64,000 bases of DNA. Origin: Eledone cirrhosa. Lineage: Eukaryota. Positions within the stretch are counted from its first letter, which is position 1; every line of letters begins with the position of its first letter. Made by a program: the position numbers and the translations under genes. Below the pieces are notes generated by a model. That model was not told where the DNA came from. It saw only the letters and a list, made by a program, of their open reading frames with translations, and did not search any database. The stretch spans positions 49,352,001 through 49,416,000 of the forward strand of contig OZ024748.1 of assembly GCA_964016885.1 (NCBI GenBank). Reading direction: 5' to 3'. Below are positions 13,756 to 23,401 of this stretch, piece by piece.

Positions 13756-15400
13756 CAAATAGTCACGCTGTCTGAAAATGGCAATTATAAGACCAAAACT
13801 CCCCTTTAGATGTGTTCAAGTAATGAAAACAAGGAAGTGAACTCCTAAATTGGAGCTGATTAAAGTCTTTTGGAACAATTTTAGATAATGTAGTCAGAGC
13901 GACCTTTGTCTATAAGCCAATTTGGTGACACACACACACACATATATACATATATACTATGTTAAGGTATCACTACATTTTTAATATGTATGATGATCAT
14001 GTTTCTCAATAAATACGCTCAATGGACCAATTTGAATTATATATATATATACTAGAAATTTTTTCAACATGCTGACGTATACATGTATATGTATGTGCTT
14101 ATGCATACATTTATATGTATGAGTATATACATATAACCACGCAAACACAGACACAAAAATAAACACTCACAGATAGACATACATTCACACAAACACACAT
14201 AGCGTAGCAAATGGAACACCACCTGCTGTTTTGCTATAGTTTTTTTCACCATCCCCTTCCTTCCTTTTACACACATACATTCACACAAACACACACATTG
14301 TGTAACGGACGGAAGTCACTCAAATTTATACATATAATATACATATACATATAATATATGTATAGATATATATACATGTAATATACATATATATATATAT
14401 ATACATGTACTATACATACATATATATATATATATATATACATGTAATATACATATATATATATATATATACAATATATATATATATATATATATACAAT
14501 ATATGTAGGAGGTGAGTTTTATTGTAGTACAATAAAGCAATGCAGATATCGGATAACTAGCACTCTACAGTTTGTAGGACTGGAGTATAAATAATATATA
14601 AGATCAAAAGATGGTTAAAAGAGTTCCATGTATTTTATTATGCGCATTTCAAAAACAAATATCATCATGCGATGACATTTGCGTTTTCGTCAGATAAAAT
14701 AGGGAGACATGATATGAAGGTTAAAACACACTTGTGAATAGTGCAGTTTTAAATCAACATATGATATGTTGATTTAAAACTGCACTATTCACAAGTGTTT
14801 TTTAACCTTCATATCATGTCTCCCTATTTTATCTGACGAAAACGCAAATGTCATCGCATGATATTTGTTTTTGAAATGCGCATAATAAAATACATGGCAC
14901 TCTTTTAACCATCTTTTGATCTTATATATTATATATACAATATATGTACATACAATATATATATATATACAATATATAGATATATACATATATAAATATA
15001 TGTATATTCATATTTATACAACAGTTAAAAAGTGTGACACCGAGAAAAACGATCGAATGCAGTGGCGATGCTACACCACAACGCATATATAACAGAATGT
15101 AAACCAATGAGGATAAGTAGAGCGCTACGCAAACACCTTGTGTATGCCGTGGTATGGCCCGCCGTTTTACATTGAAACGTTTGTAGGATTAAAATAATGT
15201 TTTAAGTAAACTTGGTTATTTTCTCTCCATTTATTAAATTTTTGAGCGCTGCAGCCCGTGGCCGAACACACTATAGCAGAATCTACAACGGCTGAGAACT
15301 TCCAAAGTCTTGATGGATTACTACTGGATCAAGGAAACTGATTAGCATAGAGTTTCTAACATCTTTACTAGGATCTATATTGGTAAACTTCAATATAACC

Positions 15401-15433
<33 letters not shown>

Positions 15434-15618
15434 TGTATGTATGTATGTATGTATGTATGTATGTATGTATGTATGTATGTATGTATGTATAAAAGGTAAA
15501 CAGAAATAACAACACAATCGGTACAGTATATGGAAGGAATAATAGCAGGAAGGAAAAGAGTCAGGACCCCGACGGCTGAGCTCTGGCCGTTTCGACAGAG
15601 ATCCGAACTAAGCCACCA

Positions 15619-15662
<44 letters not shown>

Positions 15663-15961
15663 CAACCCATGCAAAATCAGAAGTTTAAAAAAATAAGGAA
15701 TGTATATATGCATGAATGTGTATTTATATATGTAGGTTCTGAGGCAAATGCCATCATAATGAATTTTACGTCTGCTTTTCTATGCTGGTATGGGTTAGAT
15801 AAGATTTTTGAGGCAGAATTCGACAGCTAGATCAGGGGCGGTGGAACTGTAATTATATTTTTCTCCCCAAACTACCAAACACACACATCTATTTGTATAT
15901 ACGCTACAATTTATGTAGATGTTATCATCATCATTTTGCGTCCGCTTTTTCCCTGCTTGCA

Positions 15962-16001
<40 letters not shown>

Positions 16002-16726
16002 ATCTCAACTCTACTTTCGAAAAGCAGAAGAACTGCGAAACCGGTAAAGGAACCAAATAAATATACATTTTTTAAAAAAAAGACTATGTATATATACATA
16101 TAAAGAGAGAGAGAGAAAGTTGTGTATATATCATCATCATCACTTTACGTCCGCTTTTCCCTGCTTGCAAGGGTGGGACGGGAACTGATTCTGGCTTGAT
16201 TTCTACAGCTGCATGCCCTTCCTTACACCAACCTCATTTACAGTGAGTGCTGGGTGCTTTTTTTTTTCCGTGGCACCCCCACGACCACTTTGCAGTGGAA
16301 TGATAGGGACCCCAGCCCCTATCATCTCATTTCTACAGCTGAGTAAACTGGAACAATGTGAAATAAAGTGTCTTGCTCAAGGAAACAACACATCACCCGG
16401 TCTGAGAATTGATCTCACAACCTTTCGATTGCAAGGCCAATGCTCTAACCACTAAGCCATGTATCGCAAATCGAAGTTTTTTTATATTTTGGTTGTTATT
16501 CGATAATAACAGCTAAACTAATAACTACAACTAAATTGACCAAATTTGCGCCTCCCCCTCATTCAGAAATGTTTCCACTGCTCTTCCTCAGGGTACCCTT
16601 CACTTGTTTTTTAATCTAAAGTTACATATCTTTACATCTCTAACCACTGAGTTGCAGGATCTCTGTTGACGCTCACGGGTACCGAATATGAAGAGATGGG
16701 AACAGAACACACACACACACACACAG

Positions 16727-16770
<44 letters not shown>

Positions 16771-16997
16771 AGATCAAAAGATGGTTAAAGGAGTTCCATG
16801 TATTTTATTATGCGCATTTCAAAAACAAACATCATCATGCAATAATATTTGTGTTTTCATCAGATAAAACAGGAGAACATGATATGAAGGCTAAAAAACA
16901 CTTGTGGATAGTGCAGTTTTAAATCTACAAACTGTAGAGTGCTTCTTATCCGATATCTGCATTGCTTTATTGTACTACAATAAAACTCACCTCCTAC

Positions 16998-17034
<37 letters not shown>

Positions 17035-17715
17035 TCTAAATCATAAGGCATCTTTGACATTAGAGCTCGAAATAATTGTTTCTACTTTTGGCACAAGGCC
17101 AGCAAATTACCCAGTTCATTACTGGTACTTTATTTTATCGACCTGGTAAGGGCGAAAGGCACGAAATAATTGTTTCTACTTTAGGCACAAGGCCAGAAAG
17201 GCACGAAATAATGAAACGAAAATAATCCGTCAGATTCACTTAGTGTATATATTATATACACTAAGTGAATGTGGTTAAATTTCTTTAGGGTTTTCTCGCC
17301 GGTTGATGTGTGTTTATATGTGAGTGGGGCATCGTGCGATATATCCGATGAAATACTTTCATTTTACTTAATTCTAGCTCTATTGTCGATGATACCCCCC
17401 ACCCCCCAAAAAACCTAAACACACACGCATATACAAACTTAAGCATATATATATATATATAGGAAAAAGTAAGACCCCGACGGCAGAGCTCAAGCCGTTT
17501 CGACGGTTATTTTAGTCCAGAAATGGCCGTCGAAACGGCTTGAGCTCTGCCGTCGGGGTCATACTTTTTCCTATTTCCCACTCTACTACCCTAAGTATTG
17601 AGTACTCTGGTGCGTTATGGTCCATCTGGTTCCTTACCACAATTCCTTTGTTATATATATATATATATATATATATACAAACATAAACATATTATACATA
17701 AAAAGAAAAACACAT

Positions 17716-17758
<43 letters not shown>

Positions 17759-18278
17759 GACACACGACAGGAGGGCGTACACAACAAAGACATCGGAATA
17801 TATATATATCCTGTTGGAACTGTTGCTCGTGTTTGAAGTGTTTTCGTTTGTTTTTTAACAATAATATTGTCTATCTAAGAATGGTAGGTAGTGTTTTCTA
17901 GGGAAATAATTAATATTCAATCGTCTAGTTTCTTTGGACAGAGAAGTGTGACATTATAGTAAAGTTACAAGGATTCAAACGTATTTTCCATGGGGTGGGT
18001 GGAATAGTTAAGTGAAAAGGGAAGAAATATTCTGTGGAGGGTCGATAAATTGAAATACGATTAAAGTCCACTTACCTAACATTCGGGACATTTTTCAGCT
18101 GTTGTCGGGTCTCAGACGCCCGGACAACGAATAAATTGCCATCGTTATAGAGAATGACAAGAATGTGGAAGCGTGGACATAGAAGAATTCTGTTAATTCC
18201 ATCCAGGGGCAAGACGTCTTGAAAAGAGCAGAGTTTGAACTCCAAAAAGTCGGCATCACTTTCACAGTCGTCTGCCAT
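215..18278 (-). CDS. SPG11: Spatacsin (SPG11) ortholog, 5' part, exons 1-7; gene continues off the left edge
   Basis: Seven GT-AG exons join in consistent phase (203+152+288+547+121+151+437 nt). The segment [48 protein letters not shown] matches recalled human spatacsin QEEFLNRLMIHGSASTVDTLCHLNGWGRCSIPIHALEAGIENRQLDTV. Confidence 0.93.
1414..1564 (-). CDS. SPG11: SPG11 exon 6 (VMTYGGARF...QTRQN)
   Basis: Conserved LNxWGRCSxPxxALE block; ttcag acceptor, gtgagt donor. Confidence 0.93.
2141..2261 (-). CDS. SPG11: SPG11 exon 5 (FKKETG...QQEEFVDK)
   Basis: ttcag acceptor, AAG|gtttgt donor, phase 2 to 0; QEEF motif. Confidence 0.88.
2625..2695 (+). ncRNA. Degenerate hammerhead-like motif
   Basis: ctgt-CTGAAGA-long imperfect stem II-GAAA-tatgta-TA-acag. 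Confidence 0.45.
3143..3330 (+). mobile_element. (TA)n-flanked fold-back element with a half-hammerhead; copies at 17460-17652 +, 22929-23117 +, 60170-60370 -; fragments at 15545-15620, 53685-53745, 60388-60425
   Basis: Shared palindrome gaccccgacggctgagctcaagccgtttcgac...aaacggcttgagctcagccgtcggggtc plus a shared tail of about 85 nt. Confidence 0.85.
3571..4117 (-). CDS. SPG11: SPG11 exon 4 ([16 protein letters not shown]...GNVKLK)
   Basis: Resembles recalled human YIFDVVDGTYVAHVDL...SQDLDVAVIVSSSNSAVALNL; TTCTTTAAC branch site upstream; CG|gtaag donor. Confidence 0.88.
4118..5985 (-). other. U12-type (minor spliceosome) GT-AG intron, SPG11 intron 3
   Basis: 5' site GTATCCTTTT; branch site TTCTTTAAC at 4130-4138, close to the AG. 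Confidence 0.85.
5588..5945 (+). mobile_element. tRNA-derived SINE family A with RTE-type 3' tail; copies at 16130-16462 -, 28350-28690 +, 33005-33250 +, 44659-45000 +, 63700-64000 +
   Basis: A box tggcttagtgg, B box gagttcaattc; near-identical copies; tail cccttgcaagcagggaaaa...gatgatg is shared with the RTE 3' ends. Confidence 0.9.
5986..6273 (-). CDS. SPG11: SPG11 exon 3 (GLELYKS...NWSQHTL), U12-type donor
   Basis: aaacag acceptor; donor T|GTATCCTTTT; phase 1 to 1. Confidence 0.85.
6884..7035 (-). CDS. SPG11: SPG11 exon 2 ([10 protein letters not shown]...LVLNNE)
   Basis: ctctatag acceptor, G|gtaagt donor, phase 2 to 1, open frame. Confidence 0.8.
7245..7790. repeat. Minisatellite, 49-50 bp unit, about 11 copies
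   Basis: taagggtaaggtggtggtgttaaactggacaacagattaagtctaccacc. Confidence 0.95.
8360..8961. repeat. Minisatellite, 47 bp unit
   Basis: ctacactatactacactaccactctatctaaacaacacaactaacga. Confidence 0.95.
8963..9463. repeat. Minisatellite, 48 bp unit, about 10 identical copies
   Basis: agatatttctgttagctggatctcccttcttctagcctgtcacattcc. Confidence 0.95.
10970..11370 (+). mobile_element. RTE LINE 3' fragment; related pieces at 1-130, 2760-3070, 40950-41315, 45585-46275, 63320-63615; 3'UTR-only pieces at 10585-10797, 54040-54150, 60960-61337
   Basis: [12 protein letters not shown]...RRLRWYGHV...GRPRRTW; (GAT)n tail. Confidence 0.85.
11900..12170 (-). mobile_element. Second RTE family (BovB-like) 3' remnant
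   Basis: [20 protein letters not shown]...[11 protein letters not shown]. Confidence 0.65.
13098..13163 (-). ncRNA. Minimal type I hammerhead ribozyme, second family
   Basis: tattttat-CTGATGA-aagcgcacca...tggtggccatt-GAAA-tatgta-TA-atagaata. Confidence 0.72.
13272..13337 (+). ncRNA. Minimal type I hammerhead ribozyme, second family (inverted arm)
   Basis: Same motif on the plus strand. Confidence 0.75.
13644..13696 (+). ncRNA. Minimal hammerhead-like motif, third family, with a U-to-C change in the core
   Basis: ttgct-CCGAAGA-atccaaacctcggtttggag-GAAA-cagctg-TA-agca. Confidence 0.65.
14631..14701 (-). ncRNA. Minimal type I hammerhead ribozyme (Penelope pLTR type)
   Basis: tattttat-CTGACGA-stem II-GAAA-tgcgca-TA-ataaaata; stem I pairs; palindromic stem/loop III. 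Confidence 0.82.
14825..14892 (+). ncRNA. Minimal type I hammerhead ribozyme (inverted arm)
   Basis: Same motif on the plus strand in the right arm of palindrome 14595-14930. Confidence 0.82.
16801..16870 (-). ncRNA. Minimal type I hammerhead ribozyme, same family as 14631
   Basis: tgttttat-CTGATGA-aaacacaaat...tttgttttt-GAAA-tgcgca-TA-ataaaata. Confidence 0.8.
18076..18278 (-). CDS. SPG11: SPG11 coding exon 1 ([17 protein letters not shown]...KNVPNV)
   Basis: ATG in caagATGG context, AG|gtaagt donor, phase 2 fits the next exon; CpG-containing unique sequence. Confidence 0.8.
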
Positions 18279-18430
18279 CTTGCTCAAGTCACATGACTAC
18301 TGGCAAGGGAGCCGTCTGTGTAGCTATAATTAATTACTTATTCGGGGAGCAGTTACTATTCTAGCAGTAGTAGTAATTATGTATTCAAGCAGGAGATCTG
18401 TCGTAAGATGACGAAAGCTGTCGATATAAG
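18272..18430 (-). promoter_or_regulatory. Probable SPG11 promoter/5'UTR with a CLEAR/M-box-like GTCATGTGAC (18288-18297), YY1-like CAAGATGGC at the ATG and DRE-like TATCGACA (about 18419-18426)
   Basis: Motifs read directly upstream of the ATG; function is inferred. Confidence 0.45.
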
Positions 18431-19179
18431 TTTACAAAATATTTAAAAAAACGACACACACACACACATAAACATATATTATCATCACCGTCATGGGTTA
18501 AACGAATTGTCCTGTTGTGAGATTAGATAGCATTCATATAAATAATAATCATGTATACAATATCTTTTTAGAGGAGGGCCTCACATTTCATATAGGTTAG
18601 GGCCACAGTAGGTGAAAGTCTGAGCCTATATATATAATTTATGTTAGGCTGTTTACCAATGGGTACAAATGAAATCAATATATAATGAGAAAGTTGCAAA
18701 TATTTATATTATATTAACATTTTGACTTATTTTTGCATTACTAAACAGTGTTAAGGCCATAAATACTACAAGCTGATTTTTGGTAATACGAAATACATCA
18801 AACTCTTTATATATATATATATAAAGAGGTTACTAGCTGGACTAGTATGAGCTTGCAGTCGATCCTCTATCTCACTAATATACCCACTCTGTATCATACC
18901 ATCTATCAAGTATTACTCTTATTTGTGGTTTTCCTGGTCTCCATATTGCAGAGACTGAATATATATATATATATATATAAATTTGGGTGGATTCCTGATG
19001 GGGATTGGGAAATGACCACAGTTAAAAAAGGTAGTCAATCCATTGGTAAATTATAAGAATCTTTATTTTATATATAAATGACTTCTGTAAGACTAGAAAT
19101 GTTTCATACAAACAAAAGAGTTTTAGTCTTGTAGAAGTCATAGCTATATAAATAATTATTATTATCTGTTAGTGGGGGA

Positions 19180-19560
19180 CTTGGGTGCACAAGGGGGCTA
19201 TGTGGGAGTAGATAATAGAGGGTGGTGCAAAATCCTCCAAAACCTGATGGTATGGTTCCAACAGACATGTACCAACAAGATTACCCAAATGTGCCAGCAA
19301 TCACATAGGTTTTTCATTAGGTTAGCAGATAAGGATATTGTAGGGGTGTTCACAGCTACCAATGGTCACCTACCCAGACCACAAATGTGTGATCTGCATG
19401 GTCGACCTAGATAGAACATGTAGACAGGGACCCTGTTACTGGAAGCTTAATGTGTCATTCCTAGTGCATAAAGTCTACAGAGACTGGATTTACAAGTTAG
19501 ATAAGTAACAGGTGATAGGCACAAATATCAACAATAAGTGGTGGTGCACTCTCAAGAGAG
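19180..19560 (+). mobile_element. Tx1/L1-clade LINE endonuclease remnant
   Basis: RFFIR and GPCYWKLNVSFL motifs, frameshifted. Confidence 0.6.
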
Positions 19561-21650
19561 AGATTAGGGGGAGATGTAAGTAGCTAAATATCTCTATATT
19601 TCTCTCTAGATTCTAAACTACTTTCAGAGGAAGATAAAAAATTGGCTGATATTTCCCTGCTTTCATGACAGCCTGGAACTTAGACCACAACCTATCCTTG
19701 GAATAAACACTCTGAAAATATGCTTCGAAAGAAGCTATCAAAATGTCCAAAGAAGACATTAAACTAGATGATGATGATGATGAATCTCATCCCACAAAAA
19801 AAAAAATTTGAAAGAAAATAATAAAAATAAAGATAAATTGACAACATGAATTTAGGTGAACATTTTTATTCAAAGCTCAGCAACAAAGCTAGAGAAAAAA
19901 AATTCATGATATTTTTATCAATTCCACAAATATCTTTCTCTTTCTTCTTTTTTGAATTCCTTGAAGGAATAGTTAAAAGTAAGTCTTTTAATGCAGTTAA
20001 TATTAAATTATTCTTAAAAATTTAAATTACAAAAATAATTGTATTAAAAAAATATATATTTAATATATATTTAATTTGAAATAAAAAAGACATCTGTAGC
20101 ATCTGCCAAATTATAAATGATGTTGTAAAAGGCCATGTTTGGGAATAACAAGTGGTCACCAACATGTGATTAAGGTGGACCAAGAAAGACATAGTTAGAT
20201 AACAGAACCCAATAACACCCACCCAAAATAAGGCCTACAATGGACAGTAGATAGTTTACTTCAGTCTACACTGGATGTTGATGGCTGGAATACCTTAGAT
20301 CACAGTAGGTCTAATCAACACCTTTTACATGATAAAAGGGGCTACAATTTGTATTGGGCAAGTACTGTTTTCTAATTTAGACACAAGGCCAGGGAATTTG
20401 GGGGAAAGGTAAAGTTGATTAAATTAACTCCAATACTTGACCAAAGTAAGTTTGAAGTCTGTCTCGAGCTCGAAGACTCATCAGGCCAGTACTTACCCCG
20501 GTTTCCATGGCGTTAAGTGACTGAAAGTACAAGACTCCCCGGACACCAGTCCATCGCAGGGTTAAACCCCCAGCAATTGCTGGTACTGATTTTCAGCTAA
20601 GTATACTGGTATGTAAATGATGTAAACGAACCAGAATAAATAGCACAATGGCATTTCTCTGATGTTCCACCAATTCTGTCAATCTACCAACTTCCAATCT
20701 GGCAATTATTAATGTCAAGAAATATTGGACAAGTGTAGTTGAGGCAATAAGAAGCAATGTTTAACTTAAGAGGAAAAGATCAGTCATATCTAAATATTAA
20801 GATTTTTAAAATTTTTAAGGGTTCAATATATTTTTCCACAGCCACAACAATACATGTTTTATTGAAGACATGATCTCCAGACCTGACTTGTCTCATAATG
20901 TGATAACCTGTCTAGTCCATGCAAGTGTGGAAAGTGGACATTAAATGATGATTCTAAAGTTCACAATTTTATGAAGGAAATGCATTTCTTTCTACCCCTT
21001 TACTACTAAACCACCTAAAACTGCTCCTGGTTTTAAAGTATTTATATTTATCTAAAAACTGTTCATCATAAAAATAACTTTTGTTGAGTTACGTTCCAAA
21101 CACCAGATAAATAATGAAAAAAATTTATATTACAAAATTCCTCTAAATTCTTGATTTATTTTCAAAATATATATATATTTGAGGGACTTCCGTCCGTCAC
21201 ACAATGATTGTGTGTATTTGTGTGAATGTATGTATGTAAAAGGAAGTAAGGGGATGGTGAAAAAACTATAGCAAAACAGCGGTTGGCATTCTATTTGCTA
21301 TGCTGTGTGTATGTGTATGTGTGTGTGTACTTGTGTGTGTTTGTGTGAATGTACATCTGTGACTGTGTATTTTTGTAAGTGTGTCTGTGTTTGCGCATTT
21401 ATATCTATATAATCATACATATAAATGTATACATATGCACATATACACAGCGTGTTGAAAAAAATTCTAGTTATTTGAAAATTATAGGTAGTGATTTTTA
21501 TTAGAAATATGGTGATGAAAGGGTTTAAGGACCAAAGCTAATCATCTTCATCAAAAGGGCTATACATGTCTACATACATACACAACACTACACTCTGCGT
21601 GTGTGTGTGTGTGTGGTATTTATCAACGACAAGAAATACTGAGAGAACTA

Positions 21651-21732
21651 TACATGGTGTGACAAAGTTAGCGCCCATTTTTATATAGTTAATAAATAAA
21701 ACGAATGGACGTTACTTTTGTTGCACCCTGTA
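21651..21732. mobile_element. Tc1/mariner-type MITE
   Basis: TIRs tacatggtgtgacaaagt and acttttgttgcaccctgta; TA ends. Confidence 0.65.
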
Positions 21733-22157
21733 TTTCTAGTCATGATTTGATTGATGACTTACCAAGATGAATCAGTGATGTCTAAAAGCAATCTTTTGTT
21801 TTTTCATGTCTGTTCAATATATTTGATATTTCTTCCACAGCCATAAATACATGTTTTACTGATTTTTACTTTTTTTTAAATGTTTAGTCAGGGAGGGTAG
21901 TACAGTTTCTATGATATCTTTACACACACACACACACACACACACTGCATAAATAGACATAGATATCTCTAATGAGCTGATTGACTGACAGACAGACAGA
22001 CAAGCTTCTGGGGCTTGGGGGAGGGGAGGGGCGAAGCGAACAAAAACAATAACAACAGTAATATACTTGTTGCATTGGAAAATTATGAAGAGTCTTAAAA
22101 TTTAAGGTAACAGAATGGTTCCAATTGTTACTTTCTTTAATTAACTCATTCATAACT

Positions 22158-22662
22158 TGGTGGTGGTGGTGGTGGTGTCGGTGTTGGTGTTGTTGGTGGT
22201 GGTGTTGTTGGGATGGTGTTGGTGGTGGTGGTGGTGTTGTTGGTGGTGGTGGTGTTGTTGGGATGGTGTTGGTGTTGGTGTTGTTGGTGGTGGTGTTGTT
22301 GGGATGGTGTTGGTGGTGTTGTTGGTGGTGGTGGTGTTGTTGGGATGGTGTTGGTGTTGGTGGTGGTGTTGTTGGGATGGTGGTGGTGGTGTTGGGATGG
22401 TGTTGGTGGTGGTGTTGTTGGGATGGTATTGTTGGTGGTGGTAGTGTTGTTGTTGGGATGGTGGTGGTGTTGTTGTTGGGATGGTGTTGTTGCTGTTGGT
22501 GGTGGTGTTGTTGGGATGGTGGTGGTGTTGGGATGGTGTTGTTGTTGGTGGTGGTGGTGTTGTTGTTGGTGGTGTTGTTGTTGTCAGTGTTGTTGGTGTA
22601 GTTGTTGTTGGGGTTGTTGCTGCTGGTGTTGTAAATGGTGGTAGTGTTGTTGTTGTTGTTGA
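22158..22662. repeat. Complex (GGT/GTT)n repeat immediately 3' of the PIGN stop codon
   Basis: About 500 bp of ggt/gtt triplets punctuated by gggat. Confidence 0.95.
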
Positions 22663-22672
22663 TGTCATTGGT

Positions 22673-22840
22673 TCATGTGGTGAAAGCTAACTGTTGTGAG
22701 ATACGTAGTGTTGTGAGGCAGTAACAGATAGCATCTAACAACAGAATAAACATTATAGTAGACATAACAATGACATAGTGACTGATGCTACTACCAATGT
22801 CTAACCAACTGCCGTAGTCTTGAACCAGGAAGAAAAATTG
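22673..22840 (-). CDS. PIGN: PIGN last coding exon ([24 protein letters not shown]...LAFTT*)
   Basis: 168 nt including the TGA at 22673-22675. Confidence 0.95.
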   Translation of the reverse strand, partial: QFFFLVQDYGSWLDIGSSISHYVIVMSTIMFILLLDAICYCLTTLRISQQLAFTT

Positions 22841-22893
22841 CTGTAAAGAGAATAGAAAGAAATACTGTAAGTATATATATATATACAGATTAT

Positions 22894-22930
<37 letters not shown>

Positions 22931-23157
22931 GGAACCAGTAAGACCCCGACGGCTGAGCTCAAGCCGTTTCGACGGCTAATTCTGAATTAGCCGTCAAAAC
23001 GGCTTGAGCTCAGCTGTCGGGGTCTTACTGGTTCCTATTACCCACTCTACTACCCCAAGTATTGAGTACTTTGGTGCGTTATGGTCCACCTGGTTCCTTA
23101 CCACATTTCCTTCGTTATATATATATATATATATATATATACATACATACAGATTAT

Positions 23158-23194
<37 letters not shown>

Positions 23195-23336
23195 GATAGT
23201 CTGTGACATTTATCTGTTATTTCTTCAAAGTTACATTTTAAACTTAGCTCCGTTTAAATGATTATTTATCTAGTTAATTTCTACGGACTAAGGAGAAGAA
23301 AAATTGGATATATTTTGTCTGACTGTTCTTCAAACT

Positions 23337-23401
<65 letters not shown>

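Noticed and set aside
15605-15620. CTGGTGG (minus strand) as an A-to-G edited CUGAUGA core
   Set aside because: No stem I 5' arm and no stem II pairing; likely chance in a truncated copy.
22125-22690. Poly-Val/Gly/Trp/Cys plus-strand ORFs
   Set aside because: Trinucleotide repeat artefacts.
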